A stretch of 64,000 nucleotides of DNA from Clostridia bacterium (lineage in GTDB: Bacteria; Bacillota; Clostridia; Christensenellales; UBA1242): positions 261,264 through 325,263 of the forward strand of contig JAFVEA010000009.1 in NCBI GenBank assembly GCA_017478185.1, written 5' to 3'. Numbering within the stretch: position 1 is the stretch's first letter; each line of letters opens with the position of its first letter. The notes beneath the pieces are model-generated. The model had not been told where the DNA came from, made no database searches, and worked only from the letters and a program-made list of their open reading frames with translations. Both the position numbers and the translations under genes were made by a program. Below are positions 53,604-63,457 of the stretch, one piece after another.

Positions 53604-54734
53604 ATGAAGATTCTTGTAAAAAAAAGATATAAAGCAGAATTGAATGTTGATGTTATAAAGCGTGTATTATCTTATTTAAATTTAAATGAATCATTTGAAA
53701 TTCAATATGTTCGTGGGGATGGCAGAAATCTTGTAATTGAAACAGATTCATGTAAATATTATGTTATTGTGAGTCGTGAAACTGCAGATGCAAGAAATGC
53801 TTTTTTAGCACAATATATTTCTACTGTATTAAGTCAATATATTGAAGATTTAACAATAAAACGAAAGGAACTTAATATCTTTTTATTGGATACAAGTGAC
53901 AAGGCGAAAACTGATTTTATAATTGATACATATCGTGTTGCTAAAACTTTAGGAATAAATATTCTTAATGAAAGTGATTTAGGATTATCAACTATTCAAC
54001 CATATAATTCATTTATTGATTGGAAAAATGCACGAGTTAATCGACAACAATACAATTCAGCAAATCAATCATCCTATGCAATGGAAGATGAGGATGAATA
54101 CACGATTTTTGGTAAGTTATATGGTGCAAATGGTAAAGAGTCAGCTTTTTTAGCATGTCAACTTGCAGAAATAGCAAGGAAAGAGAATAAAAAATTAAAT
54201 TTTGTACAAGTTAAAGAACATGGGACAGAAACAATATCAGGTACTGATAAAAAATTATTAGAACATTATGGTGTCAATGTTTCTGAAGGTTCAATAGTTT
54301 TAAAAGATAAGCAAGTAAGAGATAGGTCAACATGTAGAAAACAAGATGAGTTTAAGTTTAATTTGCTTGAAAAATATGGAAAGAAAAAATGTTATTTGTG
54401 TGGTTGTGACATAGAATCTAATATTATTGCTTCTCACATACATAGAATAACAGATATTGATAATTCCAATATTCCAGACGATGAGAAAAGAAGGCAGGCT
54501 GTTGACGGAAATAATGGGTTATGGTTGTGTGCTAATCATGATAAAATGTTTGAATATGGTATAATAACTTTCAATAGGAATGGAGAACTTGTTATCAATC
54601 CAACATTGAAAGAAAATCAAATAGAATTTATCAAATATATAACTCAAGTTCTTAAAATACAAGATATTCATCTAACTGATGAATTTTTACGATATTTAAT
54701 GATTCATAATAAAAGGGTGAAATTAGGATTATGA
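53604..54734 (+). CDS. HNH-motif restriction endonuclease
   Basis: CYLCGC...ASHIHRI...NGLWLCANHDKMFEYG is a beta-beta-alpha-Me/HNH motif. Starts 2 nt after the methylase stop. Confidence 0.65.
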   Translation: MKILVKKRYKAELNVDVIKRVLSYLNLNESFEIQYVRGDGRNLVIETDSCKYYVIVSRETADARNAFLAQYISTVLSQYIEDLTIKRKELNIFLLDTSDKAKTDFIIDTYRVAKTLGINILNESDLGLSTIQPYNSFIDWKNARVNRQQYNSANQSSYAMEDEDEYTIFGKLYGANGKESAFLACQLAEIARKENKKLNFVQVKEHGTETISGTDKKLLEHYGVNVSEGSIVLKDKQVRDRSTCRKQDEFKFNLLEKYGKKKCYLCGCDIESNIIASHIHRITDIDNSNIPDDEKRRQAVDGNNGLWLCANHDKMFEYGIITFNRNGELVINPTLKENQIEFIKYITQVLKIQDIHLTDEFLRYLMIHNKRVKLGL

Positions 54735-54940
54735 TAAAAATGGTTTAGTAAATGGCTAAGCCATTTTTGTTGCAAGTTTCAAAATTTTCAATTTTTTCTT
54801 TTTTGGAATATTATATTTATTGCCAAAATTATTAAAAAATTTTTAAAAAATGCCAAAATGCCCAATATGAAAGCACATTCAAAAAAGTCAAGTTTTTTTT
54901 GTAAATTTTTTTAAGTTTGTATAGTTTGCACAAAAATTGA

Positions 54941-54989
54941 ACACTATATGTTGTGTTTACAATTTTTCTGTTGACACAATATGTTGGGG
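54941..54989. promoter_or_regulatory. two NrdR boxes
   Basis: ACACTATATGTTGTGT (54941) and ACACAATATGTTGGGG (54974), 33 nt apart. The second overlaps the -35. Confidence 0.65.
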
Positions 54990-54999
54990 TTGATATACT
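54971..54999 (+). promoter_or_regulatory. nrdDG promoter TTGACA-17-TATACT
   Basis: Hexamers at 54971 and 54994. Confidence 0.55.
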
Positions 55000-55049
55000 A
55001 GAAGCGTCACACTAAAAGTTTTGGTGATATTAAATTTGGAGGATGAAAA

Positions 55050-57365
55050 ATGATTACGCAAATAATTAAGAGAGACGGAAGAGTTGATAAGTTTGATGTT
55101 ACAAAGATTGAGAATGCAATAATAAAAGCAATGAATGCAATTGGCAGAGAAGAATTAAACGATTGCAAAAAGATTTCAAAAATTGTTGAGATTGAAATTG
55201 AAACAAAATTTGCAGATAGCATTCCAGATGTTGAGTCTATTCAAGACCTTGTTGAAGAAGTTTTGATGCAAAATGGCTATAAAGATGTTGCAAAAGAATA
55301 TATTTTGTATAGAGCAAAGCGTTCAAAAGCAAGAGATATGAACACCAGTTTGATGAAAATTTATGATGAAATAACATCAAAAGATGCTGAAGAAAGTGAC
55401 TGCAAAAGAGAAAATGCCAATGTTGACGGTGACACGGCAATGGGAACAATGCTTAAGTTTGGCTCTGAGGGGGCAAAAGATTATTTCACAAAATATGTTT
55501 TAAAGCCAGAGCAAGCAAAAGCACACAGCTCAGGAGATATTCATATTCACGACTTTGATTTCTACACATTAACAGAAACTTGTTGCCAGATTGACATTTT
55601 AAAACTTTTTAAAGGCGGTTTTTCAACAGGACACGGATTTTTGCGTGAACCAAATGATATAAGAACATATTCAGCTTTGGCGTGCATAGCAATTCAAGCA
55701 AACCAAAATGACCAACATGGTGGGCAAAGCATACCAAACTTTGACTATGGTCTAGCCCCTGGGATTGTTAAAACATATAAGAAAAATTATATTTCAAACT
55801 TTTCAAAAGCGTATGAGCTTGTTGCGGGTGGAAACTTAGGTTTAAAAGAAATGAAAACAATATTTTCAAATCTTGAAGAAAATCAAAAAGTGTTCCCAAA
55901 ACTTGTTCAAGATGATGAATTTGACAAAGAAGAGAAAAAAGCTTTTGCAGGCATAGCTGACACTGAATTTAACAAAATCAAAGCTTTTGCAAGAAAGTAT
56001 GCCGAACTTGAAACAGATAGAGATTGTTTTCAAGCAATGGAAGCTTTTGTTCACAACCTAAACACAATGCACTCAAGAGCAGGCGCACAAGTTCCATTTT
56101 CGTCAGTTAACTTTGGAACAGACACAAGCCCAGAAGGCAGAATGGTAACAAAAAATATGCTTCTTGCTGTTGAGGCAGGTTTGGGCCATGGCGAAACACC
56201 AATTTTCCCTATTAGCATATTTAGAATAAAAGAAGGCATCAACTATAATGAGGGCGATAAAAACTATGACTTATTTAAGCTTGCCATAAGAGTTAGTGCA
56301 AAAAGATTGTTTCCAAACTTCTCATTTATTGATGCGCCATACAACTTAAAATATTATAAACCTGGCCACCCAGAAACAGAAGTTTCATATATGGGTTGCC
56401 GAACAAGAGTTTTGGGCAATGTTTATGACCCAACAAGAGAAATCACTTTTGGGCGTGGAAATTTGAGTTTTACAAGCATAAATTTGCCTCGATTGGCTAT
56501 TGAAGCTCACCACGATTTAGACAAGTTTTTTGGCAGTTTAAACGCCGAAATGGAACTTGTTTGCCGTCAACTTTTGGATAGATTTGAAATTCAAAGCAAA
56601 AAGAAGGCAAAAAACTATCCATTTTTGATGGGTCAGCACGTTTGGATTGATTCTGAAAAATTAAAACCAAATGATGAGGTTGGTGAAGTTTTAAAGCATG
56701 GAACACTTTCTATTGGCTTTATTGGGCTTGCTGAAACGCTGGTGGCTCTTATTGGAAAACACCACGGAGAAAGCGAAGAAGCTCAAAAATTAGGACTTAA
56801 AATTATTGGATTTATGCGTGACTACCTAGACAAAAAATCACAAGAAACAAAACTTAATTTCACCCTTTTGGCAACCCCAGCTGAAGGACTTTCAGGCAGA
56901 TTTGTAAGGCTTGACAAGAAAAAATATGGAAAGCTTGCTGGAATAACAGATAGAGATTATTACACAAACTCTTTCCATATTCCGGTTTATTACAAAATCA
57001 GCGCTTTTGACAAAATAAAGCTTGAAGCTCCTTATCACGCACTAACAAACGCAGGGCACATAACTTATGTTGAGCTTGACGGCGACACAACAACCAACTT
57101 ACAAGCTTTTGAAAAAATCATTAGATGTATGAAAGAAAGCGGAATTGGTTATGGTTCTGTTAACCACCCAGTTGACCGTGACCCAGTTTGTGGCTATAGC
57201 GGAATTATAGGCAAAACCTGTCCAAAATGCGGAAGAAGTGACGGCTCTGACGGGATTAAATTTGAACGCATTAGAAGAATAACAGGATATTTGGTTGGAA
57301 CGCTTGAAAGATTTAATGACGCCAAAAAAGCTGAAGAAAAAGATAGGGTTAAACATAATGTCTAA
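55050..57365 (+). CDS. nrdD: anaerobic ribonucleoside-triphosphate reductase
   Basis: N-terminal ATP-cone, C-terminal CPKCG zinc site, and the glycyl-radical motif RRITGYLVG. Confidence 0.92.
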   Translation: MITQIIKRDGRVDKFDVTKIENAIIKAMNAIGREELNDCKKISKIVEIEIETKFADSIPDVESIQDLVEEVLMQNGYKDVAKEYILYRAKRSKARDMNTSLMKIYDEITSKDAEESDCKRENANVDGDTAMGTMLKFGSEGAKDYFTKYVLKPEQAKAHSSGDIHIHDFDFYTLTETCCQIDILKLFKGGFSTGHGFLREPNDIRTYSALACIAIQANQNDQHGGQSIPNFDYGLAPGIVKTYKKNYISNFSKAYELVAGGNLGLKEMKTIFSNLEENQKVFPKLVQDDEFDKEEKKAFAGIADTEFNKIKAFARKYAELETDRDCFQAMEAFVHNLNTMHSRAGAQVPFSSVNFGTDTSPEGRMVTKNMLLAVEAGLGHGETPIFPISIFRIKEGINYNEGDKNYDLFKLAIRVSAKRLFPNFSFIDAPYNLKYYKPGHPETEVSYMGCRTRVLGNVYDPTREITFGRGNLSFTSINLPRLAIEAHHDLDKFFGSLNAEMELVCRQLLDRFEIQSKKKAKNYPFLMGQHVWIDSEKLKPNDEVGEVLKHGTLSIGFIGLAETLVALIGKHHGESEEAQKLGLKIIGFMRDYLDKKSQETKLNFTLLATPAEGLSGRFVRLDKKKYGKLAGITDRDYYTNSFHIPVYYKISAFDKIKLEAPYHALTNAGHITYVELDGDTTTNLQAFEKIIRCMKESGIGYGSVNHPVDRDPVCGYSGIIGKTCPKCGRSDGSDGIKFERIRRITGYLVGTLERFNDAKKAEEKDRVKHNV

Positions 57366-57864
57366 AATAAGAGTTGCAGGCTTTGTTAACGATTCCATAA
57401 CTGACGGCCCAGGGATTAGGTTCACTTTGTTCACGCAAGGTTGCCCAAGGCGTTGCCCTGAGTGCCATAATCCTCAAACTCAGCCACTTGAGGGCGGAAA
57501 AATTTATGATAGCGAAGAGATATTTAAAAAAATAAAGCAAAATCCACTTTTAGATGGTGTAACTTTTAGTGGAGGAGAGCCAATGATTCAGGCAGAAAGC
57601 TTGTTGCCCTTGGCAAAACAAATAAAAAGCTGTGGATTAAATTTGTTTTGCTACACAGGCTATGTTTTTGAAGAGCTTAAAAATGTTAAGTTTTCTGATG
57701 AGCTTTTAAAATATGTTGATGTGTTGATTGATGGCCCATACATAAAAGAAAAAAGGGACTATACTCTAAAATTTAAAGGTTCAACAAACCAAAGAATAAT
57801 AGATGTTCAAAAAACATTAAAATCAGGCAAAATTTCAATTATTTTGGATGATGAATGGAATTAG
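57358..57864 (+). CDS. nrdG: anaerobic RNR activating protein (radical SAM)
   Basis: GCPRRCPECHN CX3CX2C cluster. The start overlaps the nrdD stop. Confidence 0.88.
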   Translation: MSKIRVAGFVNDSITDGPGIRFTLFTQGCPRRCPECHNPQTQPLEGGKIYDSEEIFKKIKQNPLLDGVTFSGGEPMIQAESLLPLAKQIKSCGLNLFCYTGYVFEELKNVKFSDELLKYVDVLIDGPYIKEKRDYTLKFKGSTNQRIIDVQKTLKSGKISIILDDEWN

Positions 57865-57870
57865 TTTGAA

Positions 57871-57898
57871 AAGAGCATAAAACAATGCTCTTTTTTTG
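57871..57898 (+). terminator. Rho-independent terminator
   Basis: AAGAGCAT-N6-ATGCTCTT followed by a T-run. Confidence 0.75.
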
Positions 57899-57984
57899 TT
57901 TTTTTGAAGATATTTATTAAAATTTTTCATATAATTTTATAAACAACAAAAATAACAAAATATTTATTTTTAAGCGTTTAAATA

Positions 57985-58013
57985 TTGACTTTTGTTCTTT
58001 TTTAAGGTATAAT
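57985..58013 (+). promoter_or_regulatory. consensus sigma-A promoter TTGACT-17-TATAAT
   Basis: About 170 nt upstream of tRNA-Leu(CAG). Confidence 0.6.
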
Positions 58014-58057
58014 AGCCTCGCACTCACTTTAAAAGTGCAAGTGGATTTTTAATAGTT

Positions 58058-58184
58058 AAAAAACAAACAAAATTTGGGTTGTTTAAACAAAAATTTGGTT
58101 GTTTAAAAAAATTTAAACAAAATTGGATTGTTTAAACAAATTTAAACAAAAATTTGGTTGTTTAAAAAAATTAAACAAAAATTT
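58058..58184 (+). repeat. four to five tandem palindromic units TTTAAACAAAAATTTGGTTGTTTAAA
   Basis: Units near 58064, 58085, 58112, 58141 and a partial one at 58171 that runs into the tRNA 5' end. Confidence 0.75.
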
Positions 58185-58269
58185 GTCGAAGTGGCGAAAC
58201 TGGCAGACGCGCCAGATTCAGGGTCTGGTGGAGCAATCCGTATGAGTTCAAATCTCATCTTCGACACCA
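58185..58269 (+). tRNA. tRNA-Leu (anticodon CAG)
   Basis: Class II tRNA, anticodon arm CCAGA-TTCAGGG-TCTGG, CCA encoded. Confidence 0.85.
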
Positions 58270-58343
58270 CTATATAAAGATATAAATAAAATTTTATTAA
58301 AATTGTTTAAAAAATTTTATAACAATTTTTAAGGAGAGATAAA

Positions 58344-59168
58344 ATGTATGTTCAAAACAATTTACAAAAGCCAATAAAATCTCGAAAAAGAGCGATAATA
58401 AGAGATGTTATTGAGCTTCCAACGTATGATGAAAATGATGAGGATGCGCATGCGTTTAATAGTGATGGTAAGCTTATATACGATTATTGGCATGATGATA
58501 ATTATGTAAGAAAAAATGGCCGTTGGGTGTTGAAAGATCCAATGAAGGATTCAAGATATTTGTTATCAAAAAAAGAACGAGATGGCAGAATGAAATTAGA
58601 ACAGGATGTTTATGAAACATCTCTTAATAGTTTTGGGCAGCTTAATGAAAAAAGATATTTTTTAGCAGTAGAAAGGTTTCAAAAAAGAGAAGACAGACAA
58701 CGTGAACTGCGAAGAGAATTGGTTCAAAAGCTTCAAGAAAGAGAAGAGAGAATTGCTGAAGAAGAGGACATACTTAATCCTAAATATAAATTAAAAGATC
58801 ATAAGTTGATATTAGCTCATAAAGAGCCCGAATCAGAAGAAGGGTTAGCCAACATATACGATAGAAAGGAATTAATTAGAAAAGAATTTGAGTTTTTTGA
58901 AGATTGCATTGATAATTATGGCGTTTTGGATGAAGTAAGACTTAAATGGGGATTGGAAAAATTTGATAAACAATATGATGAATATATGTGGGAGTCGCTT
59001 AAGATTTGGGTTAGACATCAACAAAAAGAGCGAAAACAAGAAACACCAACAAAAAAAGAACCACAAAAACCTTTAAAAACAAAAGAGAAAGTTATAATCA
59101 CTCAAAAACAACATATCGAATCATCAAAAGAAAACCAAAAACTGGAAGCAGTTTTGGTGAATAGTTAA
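58344..59168 (+). CDS. highly charged hypothetical protein
   Basis: 274 aa, Lys/Glu/Arg-rich. Confidence 0.55.
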   Translation: MYVQNNLQKPIKSRKRAIIRDVIELPTYDENDEDAHAFNSDGKLIYDYWHDDNYVRKNGRWVLKDPMKDSRYLLSKKERDGRMKLEQDVYETSLNSFGQLNEKRYFLAVERFQKREDRQRELRRELVQKLQEREERIAEEEDILNPKYKLKDHKLILAHKEPESEEGLANIYDRKELIRKEFEFFEDCIDNYGVLDEVRLKWGLEKFDKQYDEYMWESLKIWVRHQQKERKQETPTKKEPQKPLKTKEKVIITQKQHIESSKENQKLEAVLVNS

Positions 59169-59215
59169 CAAAATTCTCTGGAAAGCATAAACTACTTAAA
59201 ATTAAGGAGGAATTT

Positions 59216-60334
59216 ATGGCTTATAACAATCCAGAGAATTTTTTAATTGCAGGAAATGATGAACACGGAATAAATCCACCAACGCCAGGCAAAAGAACAC
59301 CAATAATGCCATACATAAATAGATCTATTTATGAAAATGAATTTAATTATTGGGCAAAAAACTGTTTTTTGGCTGATTGCTTAAGGATTGGATTTTTTGT
59401 GTTAGATGTAAAGCCAAACAGGCAAGATTTGTCTATTTCGGCAAGAGTAAATTTAATAAATAGGGCAATGCCCACACTTGTTTACACATTTGCTTATAAT
59501 GCAGCGGCAGACGGAAACAATTTTAGCAGTGCAAACGGCATAGAAACCTTTTATTCGCCTCTAAACGATTATGCAAATGAGTCTAAAACGCTGGCAACAG
59601 AAGTTTATAATGAAGTTTTAAGTGCAACAGGCAGAAATGGCAGAGGTGTTAAAACTTTGGATGTGGCACTACTTAGTGCAGTTAGGGTGCCAGCTGGGCT
59701 GATTGAGGCAGGGTTTATGACAAATTTTGAAGAAGCAAAATTGATGCTTGACCCAGATTATACCAAAGCGGTTGGCACAGCAACAGCAAAAGCGGTAAGT
59801 GAGTTTTTGAATGTTTTATACACCCCTATTGAAAATGAAAATTTCACAACACTAAGAAGGGGAGATAGTGGAAGACTTGTTAGATATTTGCAATTTAAGT
59901 TAAAAATTATGGGGTATAATGTTGGCTCTGTTGACGGCATCTTTGGCGCAAACACTCAAAATGCAGTTATTGCTTTTCAGCAAGCAAACAATCTTTTGGC
60001 AGACGGAATTGTTGGGCCAAAAACTTGGAATAGCTTAAACAACTTAAATCCAGAAAACAGAATTCTAAAAATTGGCAGTATTGGAACAGAAGTTTCTTAC
60101 CTTCAAAAAAAGCTATATTCAAAATTATATCCAGTTGGAACAATTGACGGCATATTTGGGCAAAACACAGAAAAAGCTGTGAAAGCTTTTCAAACTGAAA
60201 ATGGGCTAACACCAGACGGCATTGTTGGGCCAAAAACTTGGAGTGCCTTAAAAGACAACAAAACTTCACGCCCATTTCCAGTAAGTTCACAAGAAAAACC
60301 TGATTTTCCATTTTTTAAACCACAACAAAAATAA
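59216..60334 (+). CDS. N-acetylmuramoyl-L-alanine amidase (Amidase_3) with two PG_binding_1 domains
   Basis: Amidase_3-like N-domain. Two repeats of DGIFG-x-NT-x-x-AV-x-AFQ-x-x-N-x-L-x-x-DGIVGPKTW. Confidence 0.8.
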   Translation: MAYNNPENFLIAGNDEHGINPPTPGKRTPIMPYINRSIYENEFNYWAKNCFLADCLRIGFFVLDVKPNRQDLSISARVNLINRAMPTLVYTFAYNAAADGNNFSSANGIETFYSPLNDYANESKTLATEVYNEVLSATGRNGRGVKTLDVALLSAVRVPAGLIEAGFMTNFEEAKLMLDPDYTKAVGTATAKAVSEFLNVLYTPIENENFTTLRRGDSGRLVRYLQFKLKIMGYNVGSVDGIFGANTQNAVIAFQQANNLLADGIVGPKTWNSLNNLNPENRILKIGSIGTEVSYLQKKLYSKLYPVGTIDGIFGQNTEKAVKAFQTENGLTPDGIVGPKTWSALKDNKTSRPFPVSSQEKPDFPFFKPQQK

Positions 60335-60351
60335 AAGAGCAGTTAGCTCTT

Positions 60352-60813
60352 TTATTTTTTGGTGTTTTCCAAATATGGCACCAGTTCATTAACGCTGTCT
60401 TCTTCAACTTTTTTTAAATCTCTGGCAAGTTTTAAAATATCACCTTTGGCATCTTTGCAGTCTGCTAAGCTTTTTATCATATTAATTGTTCCCATAAAAT
60501 GACCCAAAATCATCATTTCAGCAATATGCCTTGTTTCATCATTAAACAGTGTGGACATCTTTATGCTAAGCCACATTTTCCCCTTTTTTAAAGCACTGTT
60601 TGGCTTTATGGTTATTTCATATTGCTTTGCTAACTCTTTTGTTCTTTTTGTGATTTCAACAAATCTTTGTTTTTGCTCTTTTAGTGTTTTTATGAGTTCA
60701 TCGCTTTCAGCTTCGGGCAAAATATCATTTATTGCAACAATTCCAATTTCGCTGTTATGCAAAACGCTTTGCAAGAGGTCGGTGTCTGGCCGTGTTTCTT
60801 TTTTGATTTCCAT
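60352..60813 (-). CDS. hypothetical helical protein
   Basis: 153-aa ORF with GGAGAAA SD. Confidence 0.55.
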   Translation of the reverse strand: MEIKKETRPDTDLLQSVLHNSEIGIVAINDILPEAESDELIKTLKEQKQRFVEITKRTKELAKQYEITIKPNSALKKGKMWLSIKMSTLFNDETRHIAEMMILGHFMGTINMIKSLADCKDAKGDILKLARDLKKVEEDSVNELVPYLENTKK

Positions 60814-60879
60814 AATTTTTCTCCTTTTTTGATAGTTTGTTTAATTTGTTATAATTTATACATAAAATAAAAATTTCTA

Positions 60880-60908
60880 TTGCTTTTTTTATTTTCTTAT
60901 GTTATACT
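60880..60908 (+). promoter_or_regulatory. promoter TTGCTT-17-TATACT of the rplU operon
   Basis: Hexamers at 60880 and 60903. Confidence 0.45.
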
Positions 60909-60914
60909 TAACAC

Positions 60915-60985
60915 CGTATCCGCATAGGTAAGGCACCAAATATTGCAATTTTGCAAAGCCTATATTTAGCGAGATTGGATAGAGG
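60915..60985 (+). ncRNA. structured 5' leader, possible L21-leader-type ribosomal autoregulatory element
   Basis: ATAGG...CCTAT and AGGC...GCCT pairings enclose the TTGCA-ATTT-TGCAA hairpin just upstream of rplU. The assignment is by position only. Confidence 0.3.
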
Positions 60986-60996
60986 AGGTTAAAAAT

Positions 60997-61305
60997 ATGT
61001 ATGCAATTATAGCAACTGGTGGAAAGCAATACAAAGTTCAAGTTGGAGAAGAACTAACTGTTGAAAAGTTAAATGCTGAAGTTGGAGCAAAAGTTGAATT
61101 TGATGCACTATTTGTTAGTGATGACAAAAACATTCAAGTTGGAACACCTGCAGTTAGTGGAACAAAAGTTGTTGCTGAGGTTGTTGAGCACGGAAAAGGT
61201 GAAAAGTTAAACATTTTTGTTTACAAAAAGAAGAACACTCACCACAAAGCTCAAGGACATCGTCAACCATATAGCAAAATAAAAATAATTTCTATTGGAA
61301 AATAA
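60997..61305 (+). CDS. rplU: 50S ribosomal protein L21
   Basis: MYAIIATGGKQYKVQVGE. Confidence 0.95.
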   Translation: MYAIIATGGKQYKVQVGEELTVEKLNAEVGAKVEFDALFVSDDKNIQVGTPAVSGTKVVAEVVEHGKGEKLNIFVYKKKNTHHKAQGHRQPYSKIKIISIGK

Positions 61306-61307
61306 TT

Positions 61308-61646
61308 ATGACAAAAATAAAAATAACAAAAAAACAAAATGATTTTGTTAGCGTTGTTTGTGACGGGCACACTGGTTATGGTGTGGAAGGAGAAGACATT
61401 GTTTGCAGTGCTGTTTCAAGCATTGTTCAAACATGTGCTTTAGGGCTTTTGATGGTGGCTTATATAAACGTTGAAATCAAAAGAGATGACGCAAAAGGTT
61501 ATTTTGAAATGAATATTCCACAAAATTTAAGTGAACAAGAAAAGCATGACGCAAATTTGCTTATTGGCACAATGCTTTGCGGACTTAATGATTTAAGAGA
61601 GGAATATAGTGATTTTATAGAATTGGAGGTGCAAAATGTTTATTAA
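61308..61646 (+). CDS. prp: ribosomal-processing cysteine protease Prp
   Basis: DGHTGYG...DIVCSAVS, located between rplU and rpmA. Confidence 0.85.
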   Translation: MTKIKITKKQNDFVSVVCDGHTGYGVEGEDIVCSAVSSIVQTCALGLLMVAYINVEIKRDDAKGYFEMNIPQNLSEQEKHDANLLIGTMLCGLNDLREEYSDFIELEVQNVY

Positions 61647-61920
61647 CATTCAATTATTTGCCCACAAAAAAGGACAAGGTAGTTCTAAGAACGGTCGTGA
61701 TAGTATTGCTAAACGTTTGGGCGTTAAAAGAAGTGATGGAACTTTTGTTAACGCAGGTGAAATTTTAGTTAGACAAAAAGGAACAAAATACCACCCAGGC
61801 AACAATGTTGGTCTTGGAAAAGACTACACACTATTTGCGCTAATTAGTGGACAAGTTAAGTTTGAAACAAAAAGAGACAACAAAAAAGTTGTTAGTGTTT
61901 ATGAAAAAACACAAAAATAA
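61636..61920 (+). CDS. rpmA: 50S ribosomal protein L27 with cleavable N-terminal extension
   Basis: [23 protein letters not shown]. Firmicute-type propeptide before HKKG. Confidence 0.93.
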   Translation: MFINIQLFAHKKGQGSSKNGRDSIAKRLGVKRSDGTFVNAGEILVRQKGTKYHPGNNVGLGKDYTLFALISGQVKFETKRDNKKVVSVYEKTQK

Positions 61921-61927
61921 TATAACA

Positions 61928-61961
61928 AAAGACTTAAAAATTTTGATTTAAGTCTTTTTTG
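61928..61961 (+). terminator. Rho-independent terminator
   Basis: GACTTAAA-N8-TTTAAGTC followed by a T-run. Confidence 0.7.
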
Positions 61962-62016
61962 TTTTGATTTTTTGTTTTATTGTGTTACAATATTTAAAAG
62001 TTTTGGGGGTATAAAT

Positions 62017-62877
62017 ATGAAGAATGATTTACACATAAGAACAAATATTTCAGCCAGTTCAAACAAAGAAATGAATTGGGAAAAAGTGCTTTTAATGGCT
62101 CAAGAAAACAAACTTGAGCGTATTGCAATAACTGATTTTGATACATGTTTGTTTTCAGTTATAAGAAAAATTGTTTCACCAACAAAATATTTTAGTGGTG
62201 AAATCATTGATGGAATGGAGTGTGATGTTTGTTATGATGGCATTACTTTTGAATTGCTTGCATACAATTTTGATGTGGAAAAAACTTTTGAGTGGTCTAA
62301 AAAAATTTATGGAACATTAGAAACCAGACAAAACAAATTAAAAGAGTTGTTAATTAAAAAATTAAATAAAACCAAACTTGCTCAAAATAAAATAAAAGCT
62401 TTTGATGCAAAAAATGAGTTTGCTCATAATTATGTTTATGAGTTAATTAACAACAATTCAAACAAAGATTTTCTTAGTCAATATGAAATCAAAAACAGTT
62501 CAGATTTTTATCGCCAAAGCACGAGCAATATGGATTTTCCTCTTTATGTTAACACAGGGGTTATTTGGCCTGAGCCTAAAGAGGTTATAAACTTTATTCA
62601 TTCAGTTGGTGGAATTGTTGTTTTGGCTCATCCATACAAATATAAAAATAAAATTGATGCGCAAAACCTTTTGTTATTTGCAAAAGAAAACAATATAGAC
62701 GGCATTGAAGTTTATCATCCAAGCCACAGCTTAGAAGAGATAGACAAATTATTAAAATTTGCAAAAGAGAATAAGATGATAATAACAGGTGGAAGCAATT
62801 TTAACGGAAAAGAATATAACACAATGGGCATAAAAAATATAGACAAAAATGAGAAAGAAATATCTATAAAGAAATAA
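62017..62877 (+). CDS. PHP-domain metal-dependent phosphoesterase
   Basis: DLHIRTNIS, VLAHP and EVYHPSH motifs. Start moved to MKNDLH. Confidence 0.65.
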   Translation: MKNDLHIRTNISASSNKEMNWEKVLLMAQENKLERIAITDFDTCLFSVIRKIVSPTKYFSGEIIDGMECDVCYDGITFELLAYNFDVEKTFEWSKKIYGTLETRQNKLKELLIKKLNKTKLAQNKIKAFDAKNEFAHNYVYELINNNSNKDFLSQYEIKNSSDFYRQSTSNMDFPLYVNTGVIWPEPKEVINFIHSVGGIVVLAHPYKYKNKIDAQNLLLFAKENNIDGIEVYHPSHSLEEIDKLLKFAKENKMIITGGSNFNGKEYNTMGIKNIDKNEKEISIKK

Positions 62878-62887
62878 GAGGTGAAAT

Positions 62888-63358
62888 ATGGAAAGCAAAT
62901 TTAATCCGTTTGAAAAATTGAATAATGAGTGGGCTTTGGTAACCGCTGGAGATAAGAAAAAGTTTAATAGTATGACAATTTCTTGGGGTGGCTTTGGAGT
63001 TTTGTGGTTTAAAAATGTTATAACAATTTATTTAAGACCGCAAAGATATACTTTAGAATTTTTAAATAAAAATGATATTTTCACAGTTAGTTTTTTTGAT
63101 GAAAAATATAAAAAAGATTTAGGTGTTTTAGGCAGTAAGTCTGGAAGAGATTGTGATAAATTAAGTTTAACAAACTTAACTCCAAAATTTTTAAAACAAG
63201 GCATAACTTATAATGAAGCATCAAAAACTTATGTTTTGAAAAAGATTTATCAAAATCAGTTTAATGAAAAAAACATACCTAATGAAATAAAGAATAAGTT
63301 TTATAACGGAGAACAGCCACACATAATGATTATAGGTGAAATTTTAGAGGTTATATAA
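62888..63358 (+). CDS. flavin-reductase-like (FMN-binding split-barrel) protein
   Basis: NSMTISWGGFGVLW is typical of this family. Confidence 0.6.
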   Translation: MESKFNPFEKLNNEWALVTAGDKKKFNSMTISWGGFGVLWFKNVITIYLRPQRYTLEFLNKNDIFTVSFFDEKYKKDLGVLGSKSGRDCDKLSLTNLTPKFLKQGITYNEASKTYVLKKIYQNQFNEKNIPNEIKNKFYNGEQPHIMIIGEILEVI

Positions 63359-63457
63359 AAATATATTATTGCAAAATAATGAATTAAAAATTGTAAAAAT
63401 AATTAATTTTAATAGTATTTTATTAGAAATAGCTTTATTTATAGAAGGAGAATTTTT

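Noticed and set aside
58058-58184. Short tandem palindromes considered as a CRISPR array
   Set aside because: The units abut or overlap with no spacers, are extremely AT-rich, and lie between a promoter and a tRNA.
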